DNA of 35,489 bases from IMG/VR virus record IMGVR_UViG_3300035051_000028, one strand, 5' to 3'. Position numbers and translations under genes: made by a program. The stretch is from a virus. Numbering within the stretch: the stretch's first letter is position 1; the number at the start of each line of letters is the position of its first letter. Below the pieces are notes generated by a model. The model did no database searches. It was given only the letters and a program-made list of their open reading frames with translations, and was not told where the DNA came from. Positions 1-8,075 of the stretch are shown here, one piece after another.

Positions 1-127
1 AACCTTTTGCCATGTCGTGAAAATCTTCGCCAGCAGCAAAGTCTACCTCAACACTCTCGAGGTCTGTATATAAGCGATAATCTTCTGCAAATGTAGCAGT
101 ATCTGAGATTAAAGCAACTGTTCTGTT
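1..127. repeat. Terminal direct repeat, copy 1 (identical to 35363..35489). This is a circular-contig overlap or a terminal redundancy.
   Basis: Base-by-base comparison shows 127/127 identity. A reading frame continues across the joined ends. Confidence 0.95.
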
Positions 128-196
128 TATGTCAATAAAATTAGTAGGCGGTTGTTGTCTTACATAAGTAATGACCGCTTGTCTGTTTAAAGCCAT
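1..196 (-). CDS. N-terminal segment of the tail sheath gene. It continues across the circular junction into 34494..35489. Bases 1..127 duplicate 35363..35489.
   Basis: ATG at 196..194 overlaps the stop of the upstream gene (ATGGCTTTAA), with GGGGAGA about 9 nt upstream. The frame is open and in phase (183 nt = 61 codons) with the ATG at 13, which equals 35375. The joined ORF is 1065 nt, or 354 aa. Confidence 0.8.
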   Translation of the reverse strand, partial: MALNRQAVITYVRQQPPTNFIDINRTVALISDTATFAEDYRLYTDLESVEVDFAAGEDFHDMAKG

Positions 197-645
197 TCTA
201 TTGTCTCCCCGTATTGAATTTGTTTAACTAAAGAAGCGTCATATCCAACATTTAAATTGAATTGATACCCCTCTTTTACATAGCCATTTTGAACTTGAGG
301 GATAGGAACAATTGAACCTACCCCCCTGTAAAATAGCCCTGCATTTTTAAGTTCTTCTTGCCAAATCTGTAAACCGTAATATAAGTTTCTTGACTCAGCA
401 AAAGAACCATCCCCTCTAACATCTATCTGCACAGTTGCACCCGTTACGATATTAAAAGTAGCATCCACAAGGTCGTCTGTCGGGTTATATTCCCTATTCC
501 CTGTAGCTTGCGTAAATGTGTCGTCATTTAAGATGTAGTAACTTACATAAGCGTCTGGCTCTGTAAATTGAACCATTGCATTTCTAATTTCCCAAGTTGA
601 TACGCTTTGTAAAAATGTGTGCAAAGATTGTCTTATGTCTGTCAT
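187..645 (-). CDS. Neck or tail-completion protein. The function is assigned by position only.
   Basis: 152-aa ORF coupled by ATGA-type overlaps to both neighbours. It lies immediately upstream of the sheath gene. Confidence 0.5.
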   Translation of the reverse strand: MTDIRQSLHTFLQSVSTWEIRNAMVQFTEPDAYVSYYILNDDTFTQATGNREYNPTDDLVDATFNIVTGATVQIDVRGDGSFAESRNLYYGLQIWQEELKNAGLFYRGVGSIVPIPQVQNGYVKEGYQFNLNVGYDASLVKQIQYGETIEWL

Positions 646-968
646 ATTACTAGCTCCCCTAGTAGTTTCTTGTAAGCCCCTACTATCTTAGAGTTATCGT
701 CTGTGACTTTGTATCTTTTACCCTCGTAAACAACTTCATCATTATTCGTAATGTCAGTATTTCGTTTACAAAAGATCTTAATACTCTGTTCTAAACGAAC
801 GCCCTGTGCATTATAAACATCTGTTTTATAATCATTAGGATGTATATATGCTCTAACTGTTGCATCTGTGCCAACTCTTTCTTCGCCGTTGTAAGTGTTT
901 ATAATCGCGTATCTCGTGCGTGTATAATTTGCTTCAAACTTTGTAAAGACTTCTGATACATCTAACAT
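642..968 (-). CDS. Head closure or head-tail adaptor-like protein
   Basis: 108-aa ORF with a TAATG overlap to the upstream gene. Its size and position in the connector block fit this role. Confidence 0.5.
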   Translation of the reverse strand: MLDVSEVFTKFEANYTRTRYAIINTYNGEERVGTDATVRAYIHPNDYKTDVYNAQGVRLEQSIKIFCKRNTDITNNDEVVYEGKRYKVTDDNSKIVGAYKKLLGELVI

Positions 969-1435
969 TATTTAGCCTCCAGCGCCCAAGATACAGAACC
1001 AACCATATGTGAACTGTCTATCAGTGGATTATTTGTACCTTTTATCTTGATTGTTAAGTCGCTGTTTGGAGGGTTTTTAAAATCAACTATTGTTTTTTTC
1101 ACATCACCCTCGCCAACTGCTCCTATTTGACTAAGCAACTGTTTTTGTTTCATTTTGCCGATATTCTTAGCTATCATTTTGCGATATTTATTTACATTTG
1201 AAGCAAAGGCAACAGACATAAAAGGACGCTTTGGAACACCTAAACCAAAGTTGTTTACAGTCGCTTTATAAAGTGCCGTTGCTCCATCTTTCTCGGACAT
1301 AGTCGCACTTTTTGAAGCTGGAAAACCTACCTTAACGCTTGCGTTTTTACCATCTTTGAAAGTCTCTTCTAGCTTTTTTTGAGCTTGAATATCTTTAGAT
1401 GACTTAATAGGCTTTCCACTTTTTCTCTTTAGCAC
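968..1435 (-). CDS. HK97 gp10-like neck / virion morphogenesis protein
   Basis: 155-aa ORF with a GTG start. The motifs GVPKRPFM and PPNS..T...KG.NNPLIDSSHM are typical of the gp10 family. Confidence 0.55.
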   Translation of the reverse strand: MLKRKSGKPIKSSKDIQAQKKLEETFKDGKNASVKVGFPASKSATMSEKDGATALYKATVNNFGLGVPKRPFMSVAFASNVNKYRKMIAKNIGKMKQKQLLSQIGAVGEGDVKKTIVDFKNPPNSDLTIKIKGTNNPLIDSSHMVGSVSWALEAK

Positions 1436-1788
1436 GTGAAGCCACCTGCGCCGATATGTAAAGTCAATCTAACATACATTTGACCGTATGAAGTTGAGTT
1501 AAGCATACCGTTTGTAGCGTCATTTGATATACCACTATCTGCATAAGATATAGATACACCGTCAACGCTTTCAGAACTTGTTGGCTTTGTGCCGCTTGAC
1601 ACGCCGTCAAATTGATTAGAATTTAAAGCTAAAAAGTGAGCCGTTAGATATTTCAATCCCAAATCATAATTAGTGCCTAGCTCTCTCTCGCTTGATGTAG
1701 CAAGAGCGATATCTAAGGCTCTGTTGATTTGAGCATCGGTACTATCTGTAAACTCTGGAAAATAGTCTTTAAATTCTGCGATTGTCAT
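1429..1788 (-). CDS. Head-tail connector (gp6 / DUF4054-like)
   Basis: 119-aa ORF directly downstream of the capsid block. The N-terminal pattern is F.D..I..AL..A. Confidence 0.5.
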   Translation of the reverse strand: MTIAEFKDYFPEFTDSTDAQINRALDIALATSSERELGTNYDLGLKYLTAHFLALNSNQFDGVSSGTKPTSSESVDGVSISYADSGISNDATNGMLNSTSYGQMYVRLTLHIGAGGFTC

Positions 1789-1997
1789 TACTTGCCTCTT
1801 CTTTTAGTTGTAGTATTTTCAACTACGGGGGCTTCATCTTTGACCGAAAAAGCTCCAACTTCAACATAATGCTTAAAAAAGAAATTTTCACGAATAGCCT
1901 CTCTTTTATCTTCAGGAATTGTCACACCTTTAGGGTCTGGCGTAATCGCCACTCCCTCGATTGTAATTGTTCTTGCTTCGTTAGATACTACTTTCAT
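1788..1997 (-). CDS. Small hypothetical head-module protein
   Basis: 69-aa ORF packed tightly between the capsid and connector genes. Confidence 0.5.
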   Translation of the reverse strand: MKVVSNEARTITIEGVAITPDPKGVTIPEDKREAIRENFFFKHYVEVGAFSVKDEAPVVENTTTKRRGK

Positions 1998-2007
1998 TTA
2001 AAACCCC

Positions 2008-2913
2008 TTATGATTTTGAGTAATCGCCGTATTGAATCCCGTATGGGCGTCTAATAAATACACCGCCAACTTTTGCGAATGTTGGAACTTTAAACATATT
2101 GTTTTCGCGTTGTACTGGTTGATACTCAACTGGTAAAGTCTCTTCAAAGTAAAGAACTCTTGCATTATTAGCAAATGCAACAGCACGCTGAACACCTGCC
2201 GCACCTTGACCTTCAAGCTCAAGAGATGAAACGATTTTCACATTTCCAAATAGTCCGTTAAGTCTTGTTTGTAGCATATCAAGCTCAGACTTGTCTGTAA
2301 CGACTCCAGTGTTTGAGTAAGTTTTCTCTCCCATTGCTGTATATTCAGCTGATGGAATAACCAACGTATCAGGTGTTACGGTGTTTTTTGAGTTTGTCCA
2401 AACATTAGAACATAAACCAGCATAGAATGTAACTCTTTGCTCAGATGTAGCCGCTGCAAAAGTAGCTCCCATATCTGTAAGAATGTCAACATTAGCGTTG
2501 TTTGCTAAGCCTGTAAGACCTAAGTCCGATTGACCTACGAATGCAACTCTATTAATCATTTCTTCGTAAGCTTCTAAAACTGCCGCCGCTTTTTCGCTGT
2601 CTAAAGAAGTATTTGACTCCATAGATGCTGCAATTTCGTCAATGTCATATTGAAAACCATTTTCAGAAACAAGCAAAGGAAGATAAACCGCAGTTTTTGC
2701 AATGTCTGTTAATTCTACCTTATCAGAGATTTTCTCTTTTAGTCTCATATACCCTACACGATCTAAAACATATTGCTTTAGTGCTTGAGAACCTCTTGAA
2801 GCTTTAGCGTCGAATGGCATAATATCTCTTGCGATTTTACGCCCGTATTCGACTCTTTCAACTTCGCCAATTATCTTTACTAATTCTTCTTCAAAGAATG
2901 CTGTCATACTCAT
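2008..2913 (-). CDS. Major capsid protein (DUF2184-like)
   Basis: 301-aa ORF downstream of the scaffold gene and a small beta-rich protein. Its size and composition fit a major capsid protein. Confidence 0.7.
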   Translation of the reverse strand: MSMTAFFEEELVKIIGEVERVEYGRKIARDIMPFDAKASRGSQALKQYVLDRVGYMRLKEKISDKVELTDIAKTAVYLPLLVSENGFQYDIDEIAASMESNTSLDSEKAAAVLEAYEEMINRVAFVGQSDLGLTGLANNANVDILTDMGATFAAATSEQRVTFYAGLCSNVWTNSKNTVTPDTLVIPSAEYTAMGEKTYSNTGVVTDKSELDMLQTRLNGLFGNVKIVSSLELEGQGAAGVQRAVAFANNARVLYFEETLPVEYQPVQRENNMFKVPTFAKVGGVFIRRPYGIQYGDYSKS

Positions 2914-2923
2914 TTATAACCCC

Positions 2924-3418
2924 TTACTCAAAAATGCGTGTTACTGCAACACGAACTAACTCGCCAGCACTTGCCGACTCTGCGAAAATAACGCCCGGTA
3001 CTTCAACCGCTGTTGCAGTGTCAGCGTCTGCTCTGATTGCACCTAAAACCGTACCACCTGCACCTGCACCGTAACGAATAAAGACATTTCCACCTTTAAC
3101 AACATCACTCTCTGCTGTTACTACGATGTAACCCATATTACAAACTGGAACACTTGCCCCGATTGCGTAATCTGTAGCTGTAGTTGCATTGTAAGCATTT
3201 GTTAGTGTGTGTTTACGAACTGTAAAGCCTACGAACGCATCACCTACTAATGTGAAAGGCTTAACACCTGTTGCCGTTCTAGCAAGTGGAACACCAAAGC
3301 CTGCTACTGCTGTATCTAAGATTGCATCTGTTACATTGTTTACTTGTAGCGTGTCAATTTGACCCGCATATCTAGCATTTGCGTATTGTGATACGCTTGA
3401 TTGTACGAATGTACTCAT
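2924..3418 (-). CDS. Putative capsid decoration or cement protein
   Basis: 164-aa Ala/Gly/Val/Thr-rich ORF between the scaffold and capsid genes. Confidence 0.4.
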   Translation of the reverse strand: MSTFVQSSVSQYANARYAGQIDTLQVNNVTDAILDTAVAGFGVPLARTATGVKPFTLVGDAFVGFTVRKHTLTNAYNATTATDYAIGASVPVCNMGYIVVTAESDVVKGGNVFIRYGAGAGGTVLGAIRADADTATAVEVPGVIFAESASAGELVRVAVTRIFE

Positions 3419-4536
3419 TATTTAACTCCTCTGTTTTTTCTAGCTTCTGCCGCGATTGCGTTCAAGTCATTTGATAAATTCCCTGTACGAGGCGTTGCTT
3501 TTTTGTCATTTACGACACCTTTATACCCTGCTTTTTGAGCTTTTTTAGCTACCTTAGCCTGGTCTACTGAAATACGGTAAACAGTTTTCAAAGTTGCTTT
3601 ATCAAAACTATCAAAACTATATTTGTCTCCCGTGATTGCTTTTAAAATCTCTTTACGCTTAGCGTCATTTGATTTTTCTTTAGTCTCGATTTCCAGCTCT
3701 TCCGCATCTTCTGAAATTTCAACAGATTCTCCAGCCATTTCTTCAGCCTCTTCCATTGTTACCATTCCAGTAAGTTGCTCTTGAAGTGCTACTAACTCAG
3801 CTGTTTTCTCTTTTATCATATTAGCAAGTTCTTCTTTACTCGCTTCGGCGTCTTGAGTTTTCTTTTCAGCCTCTTCAACTTTCTCCATTGCTTCGTCTTT
3901 CGATTTTTGAAGCTCTGTAACATATTTTGTTAATTCCGCTTCATCCATAGAAACAGAACGCCCATCAACTTGAATTTTAATCATAGTTGTTACTCCTTTT
4001 TTATCTAAGTTTAATTTGCACGCGTTTCCGCATCTGCCCTCATCTACAACCGCCACATGATTTACTCTTATGTTCCTTTGAACATAGTCATAGCTTTCAC
4101 CGTTATATTCTCCGCTCTCTTTAACTAAATCACGAGTGTAACCTGCACTTAGCTCCCGTTTTCCATTCTTAATGTTTTCAATTAAGTCCGGGTCGGTAAT
4201 CGTTGCTTTCGCTATAATGTAAGTTTCGTCGTTGATTTTTTTAGAGATTGCTTCGGATACGTTCCCTCTCGTTAGCACTTTATAACTATCTGTAGTCACT
4301 ATGCCGTCGTCTGGGTGGTTATCTGTTATGATAGAACCATTGTATGAAGAGAGGGACGCCACAACCTCATCTTCGGGACGATATACTTTTATAACTCTTG
4401 TAGCATCATCGCCTTGTAGACCTAATTCGGAGCCTAAATATTCTTGAATACCACTTCTAGCACAAATACCGCTCACACGCATAAAACCACTGTCAGGGCA
4501 TATCTCGTATTTGATTGTTTTTGCGTCTGTAGTCAT
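3418..4536 (-). CDS. Scaffold / prohead protease-like protein (DUF2213-like)
   Basis: 372-aa ORF. The central region is a highly charged E/K/A coiled coil (EAEKKTQDAEASKEELANMIKEKTAEL). Confidence 0.6.
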   Translation of the reverse strand: MTTDAKTIKYEICPDSGFMRVSGICARSGIQEYLGSELGLQGDDATRVIKVYRPEDEVVASLSSYNGSIITDNHPDDGIVTTDSYKVLTRGNVSEAISKKINDETYIIAKATITDPDLIENIKNGKRELSAGYTRDLVKESGEYNGESYDYVQRNIRVNHVAVVDEGRCGNACKLNLDKKGVTTMIKIQVDGRSVSMDEAELTKYVTELQKSKDEAMEKVEEAEKKTQDAEASKEELANMIKEKTAELVALQEQLTGMVTMEEAEEMAGESVEISEDAEELEIETKEKSNDAKRKEILKAITGDKYSFDSFDKATLKTVYRISVDQAKVAKKAQKAGYKGVVNDKKATPRTGNLSNDLNAIAAEARKNRGVK

Positions 4537-4615
4537 GATATTCCTTAGAAATTTATACGCTATTTTAGAATAATCAATGGTTTTAGTAAAAATTGTATAA
4601 AAATATAAATTTTTA

Positions 4616-4624
4616 TGTTATAAT
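4616..4624 (+). promoter_or_regulatory. Extended -10 promoter TGtTATAAT for the plus-strand two-gene cassette
   Basis: Exact TGnTATAAT lies 27 nt upstream of the ATG at 4651. An AAGGA Shine-Dalgarno sequence lies between them. Confidence 0.55.
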
Positions 4625-4650
4625 TTCTAATATTTGCATAAAGGATAATA

Positions 4651-4809
4651 ATGAGTAAACCTGTATATATAAGCCAGAATGTTTTTAAAAAACTTGAATA
4701 CGAAAAAGTAAAAGACGGCAGAACATTAAAAGCCATTGTTGATAGTGCTTTGTTGATGTATATTGATTTTAAAAACAGTGAAAGATTACTAAACAAAGGA
4801 CAAAAATGA
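4651..4809 (+). CDS. Ribbon-helix-helix (CopG/Arc-like) small DNA-binding protein
   Basis: 52-aa ORF absent from the ORF track. It shows a beta-strand (KPVYIS) followed by two helices. Its stop overlaps the next start (ATGA). Confidence 0.55.
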   Translation: MSKPVYISQNVFKKLEYEKVKDGRTLKAIVDSALLMYIDFKNSERLLNKGQK

Positions 4810-5024
4810 AAACAGTAAAACAAGAGCTTATGTTTTGTAAAGAGTGCGGTCGTGCTACATTGCACTATAAAAACGGTAAAAAAATAAATTGGTTGCTTCA
4901 TATCTTCTTGATGATAGTCACGGCTGGTTTGTGGGTTATTCCTTTTGTTATAATTCTTATTTTAGGTATGAATGTTTGGGATAGTGAGAAGTGGACTTGC
5001 TCGGTTTGTGGGAATGAAGGGTAG
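4806..5024 (+). CDS. Zinc-ribbon membrane protein (CxxC, hydrophobic hairpin, CxxC; LITAF-like topology)
   Basis: 72-aa ORF. CKEC lies near the N-terminus and CSVC near the C-terminus. They flank roughly 30 hydrophobic residues (INWLLHIFLMIVTAGLWVIPFVIILILGM). Confidence 0.6.
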   Translation: MKTVKQELMFCKECGRATLHYKNGKKINWLLHIFLMIVTAGLWVIPFVIILILGMNVWDSEKWTCSVCGNEG

Positions 5025-5031
5025 CGTTTTG

Positions 5032-5715
5032 CTACTCTATAATGTTTTTTGTATGAGGTAAGTTGTTTTTGTCTATATAATCGTTATATGCTTTTGCAGC
5101 TTCTTTTTTTGTTTTGAATGTTCCAATGTGTTTAAACTTTTGAGACACTGTTATGTATGCTCTATAACGCCCTCTTGATAATCCGACGCCTCTATAACCA
5201 GATGTATTATCTCGATGCACCTGTCTTGTAGCAGAGCTATTTATCTGATGAGTTACAAAGTTTACATTTTTTGGCTCATAGTTCCCGTCGTTGTCTATCC
5301 TATTTATTTCTAACCCCGTCCTAAATATATCTTTTAAATCTGTATAGAAGTTTAAAAAGTTATTTTTCCATCTATCACAAACTTTTATCCCTCTTCCGCC
5401 ATAATTTTTAAACCCTATATCATCTTCATTGTAACATCTTTTAATCATGCTGTGGTATATTGGATATAATGGGTGCTTACTTAGCCCGTGAGTTTTTATC
5501 TTTTCTGCTCTGTCTGATATTGTTGAACATCCACAACTTTTTGTATCCCCAAATCTAACATTATCTAATTGTGTTTCAAATTCATTTCCGCATTTGCATT
5601 TAAATAAGCCAAATCTTCTTTTTCTTCCACTCATTATTTTACTATCTATTTCTTTGATAAAAAATATGCCATTTCCCATATCTTGATTATGAAATAATTT
5701 TACTCTTTTTGCCAT
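5032..5715 (-). CDS. AP2-domain DNA-binding protein (free-standing, homing-endonuclease-associated type)
   Basis: 227-aa ORF. The C-terminus SGYRGVGLSRGRYRAYITV...HIGTFKTKKEAAKAYNDY is an AP2/ERF-like fold. The N-terminus has a CKCG...SCGC cysteine motif. Confidence 0.65.
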   Translation of the reverse strand: MAKRVKLFHNQDMGNGIFFIKEIDSKIMSGRKRRFGLFKCKCGNEFETQLDNVRFGDTKSCGCSTISDRAEKIKTHGLSKHPLYPIYHSMIKRCYNEDDIGFKNYGGRGIKVCDRWKNNFLNFYTDLKDIFRTGLEINRIDNDGNYEPKNVNFVTHQINSSATRQVHRDNTSGYRGVGLSRGRYRAYITVSQKFKHIGTFKTKKEAAKAYNDYIDKNNLPHTKNIIE

Positions 5716-5805
5716 GATTATTTTTCCCTTATCTGATTGATAAAGGTCGAGTATATAATTTCAATACTCTTGAAGCCTTTGCCATTTTACTGGTCTTATG
5801 TAGTA

Positions 5806-5814
5806 ATTATATCA
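5806..5814 (-). promoter_or_regulatory. Extended -10 promoter TGaTATAAT upstream of the AP2 gene
   Basis: The reverse complement of attatatca is TGATATAAT. It sits in the intergenic gap between the MuF-like gene and the AP2 gene. Confidence 0.5.
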
Positions 5815-5822
5815 TAAGTTTA

Positions 5823-6584
5823 TTAATTTACAATGTATCTCCCAATACAAGTACAGCCAATCTCGCTCGACGGCCAGATGTATTTACCGTCAACTTTTAA
5901 GCCTTTATCAATGTCAAATATTTTACCATCAGCGTCTATGTGGCTTTGTCGTGGTGTATAGTTTTTGGTTTTAGAGGGCTTTGTTTTAACCCATTGCATA
6001 GATGTTATCCCCGCCTGTTCTGCTCTTAACCTTGATAGGCTTCCGTTGATACTAGAAACTTGATCCCTAGCTATAAACTTCGCGCGTTTCTTAGTAGCCC
6101 CCGTCGCATCTTGTATCTTCTTACCAAGCGTTTCAAAGTCCTCTCCATTCATCACACCGTTATAAACTAGGTTCTCAATCTTATCGAAGTAATCATCACT
6201 AATTGATTTAATGAGGTTCACTTGATTTTGAATAGCTATGTTTGAAAAGTCTTTTAAGCCCGATTTAGTAAGCTCTGATGCTAAATCAATGCCTAAAGCT
6301 TTAAAAGCCCCGTTCATCTCTTTTTCGTTATAAGAGTTAATTCTTTGATAAAACCTCTTAGCTAGTCTTTGAGTCATACGAATAGGAAAGCGTGCTAAGT
6401 AAGCATCTCTCATTGCGTTTATTTTTGTTCTCAAATCAGTACCGGGTGCATCTGTTTGTTGTTTTAACTCTCTGAGTATTTGACCTTGATGTTCTTCTAA
6501 CCATCTTGCACGAACTAAAAGTGCATTTCTGTATTGAACTTCAATTTTTCGGCTCTCTCTTATCGGGCGTGTTTTTTTAGGCAT
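5823..6584 (-). CDS. Head morphogenesis protein (Mu F / SPP1 gp7 family)
   Basis: 253-aa ORF overlapping the portal stop. The C-terminal Cys motif (IGCTCIG) and its position directly after the portal gene fit this family. Confidence 0.65.
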   Translation of the reverse strand: MPKKTRPIRESRKIEVQYRNALLVRARWLEEHQGQILRELKQQTDAPGTDLRTKINAMRDAYLARFPIRMTQRLAKRFYQRINSYNEKEMNGAFKALGIDLASELTKSGLKDFSNIAIQNQVNLIKSISDDYFDKIENLVYNGVMNGEDFETLGKKIQDATGATKKRAKFIARDQVSSINGSLSRLRAEQAGITSMQWVKTKPSKTKNYTPRQSHIDADGKIFDIDKGLKVDGKYIWPSSEIGCTCIGRYIVN

Positions 6585-7917
6585 TTGTGTATTCTAATTC
6601 ATCTTCGATTTCAAAGGATTCTAACTCAAACCCATTAACAACTTCTTGCTCTTGGTCGCTGTCAATCAAGCCATACTTAACCATTCTATCCGCTATTACT
6701 TTATCACTCACTTGCATAGTTTGCATATTCATAAGAATATTTGTATTTATTTGTCTAATCTCTGCTTCTTCTTTTTCACTCTTCGGAAATGGATTAACCC
6801 ACTCGTACTCTGATACTTCATAGCCGTTCGATACTGCGATTATCTTATCCACTTTGTAAAGAAACGGGTCGATATTGATTTCTCTAATAGCTGTTAGCCT
6901 ATCGCTGAATATTGAAAGGTCACTGTCTCCTGTAGCGTTCATCCCGTCTGGACTTTGTCCTAGAAATATTGTAGCTGGTATTTCCGCTGCTGCTGCGATT
7001 CTCTTAAGAGATTGAATATCCATTGCATCAAAACCGCTAAACTGTTGTGTAATACGCTCATACGTTTCAGCGTTTTGACCGTTGTATCCCGCATCTTTTA
7101 CCCAAGTATTAAGTGTACTCATTGCACTTTGAGCTATTCTAACACGTTCTTTGACTGCATCTTCTTGACCGTTCTTTATCATATTAGATAGATTCGGGAT
7201 TCCCATAATATCGACAGTTGCTTTTTTCATCATATTAGCTACAGAAGAGAGAAACACATCATCTGCGATTAGTTGTCTGTAAATTATTTCGATTTGGGAT
7301 ACGCCCCAGTACTGTTCATTAACTGCTTCATCGTGTGGGAGTGAGTTTGTAATGAACTTATGGCATCGTGACGGGTGGTATCTTGCTGTATGATTTCCTA
7401 CTGTTACAAGATAATACTCAGGCTCCAAATAGTTATCATCAAACGGGTTAGTGTTAATCTGGCTATAAGTCACTTTCCATCTATCAACTATGACAATTCT
7501 TTTAAATCCGTTTGGCTTGACTTTATTGAGGTCTAAAGGCTTATCCGGTGCTTGTCCGTCATCTACTACCATAACCGCTAATGAACCACCAAACAGATTA
7601 GCCCACTTTATGGCTTCGGCTGTAACTGCTTTGAGGTTGAGGCGTTTCTCTTCTTTGGCTACCTCATCGTTTTCGCATTTTCTCCAACCCTTGACCGCAT
7701 AATCGGCAGGAATTGCAACGGCTTTTTTAACCCAAATATTAGAGCGGTACATTCTCTGGAGCATAGTATAATTGCGAGTTACATAGTTAGCAAAGCCCAT
7801 CATCCCAGTAGCTAATATGTCTTTCTCCCCACCGATACCGCTTAGCGCATCTCTTAACCCGTCGTTTGAAAGTCCGCCCTTAGCGTGTGTTCGGTTTGCT
7901 CTTCTGCCTCTAGCCAT
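6577..7917 (-). CDS. Portal protein
   Basis: 446-aa ORF between the terminase and MuF-like genes, with an acidic C-terminus. Confidence 0.75.
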   Translation of the reverse strand: MARGRRANRTHAKGGLSNDGLRDALSGIGGEKDILATGMMGFANYVTRNYTMLQRMYRSNIWVKKAVAIPADYAVKGWRKCENDEVAKEEKRLNLKAVTAEAIKWANLFGGSLAVMVVDDGQAPDKPLDLNKVKPNGFKRIVIVDRWKVTYSQINTNPFDDNYLEPEYYLVTVGNHTARYHPSRCHKFITNSLPHDEAVNEQYWGVSQIEIIYRQLIADDVFLSSVANMMKKATVDIMGIPNLSNMIKNGQEDAVKERVRIAQSAMSTLNTWVKDAGYNGQNAETYERITQQFSGFDAMDIQSLKRIAAAAEIPATIFLGQSPDGMNATGDSDLSIFSDRLTAIREINIDPFLYKVDKIIAVSNGYEVSEYEWVNPFPKSEKEEAEIRQINTNILMNMQTMQVSDKVIADRMVKYGLIDSDQEQEVVNGFELESFEIEDELEYTNA

Positions 7918-7942
7918 TATGAAAGCCTTTTGTTTTTATCAA

Positions 7943-7951
7943 ATTATAGCA
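7943..7951 (-). promoter_or_regulatory. Extended -10 promoter TGCTATAAT upstream of the portal gene
   Basis: The reverse complement of attatagca is TGCTATAAT. It lies 26 nt upstream of the portal ATG and downstream of the tRNA. Confidence 0.45.
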
Positions 7952-7985
7952 CATTTATGATTATTTGTTTTGATTGTTTTTATGG

Positions 7986-8075
7986 TGGAGGATAATATAG
8001 GATTTGAACCTATGGATGAAACTAATCATCAACGATTTAGCAAACCGTCACAATAAACCACTCTGTCAATTATCC
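7986..8075 (-). tRNA. tRNA-Ser (anticodon GCU), class II with a long variable arm and an encoded CCA
   Basis: Hand-folded cloverleaf. The acceptor stem GGATAAT/ATTATCC has 7 bp. The D stem is ACAG/TTGT. The anticodon stem ACGGT/ATCGT closes the loop TTGCTAA. The variable arm is GATGA-TTAGTT-TCATC. The T arm is ATAGG-TTCAAAT-CCTAT. The 3' end is T-CCA. Confidence 0.85.

Noticed and set aside
1-127. Terminal repeats considered as ends of a transposon or IS, or as LTR-like elements
   Set aside because: The repeats are direct, not inverted. They lie inside a gene whose frame continues across the joined ends. No transposase is present. Circular closure or terminal redundancy explains them.
1782-2222. 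Track ORFs 1782..2054 (+) and 1998..2222 (-)
   Set aside because: They overlap the capsid 3' end and the 69-aa gene in other frames or on the other strand. They have no ribosome-binding site and are inconsistent with the tight operon packing.
4560-4901. 113-aa minus-strand ORF overlapping the plus-strand cassette
   Set aside because: It is a Phe/Leu/Ile-rich shadow frame spanning the promoter and both plus-strand genes. The plus-strand genes have a promoter, Shine-Dalgarno sequences and recognisable folds.
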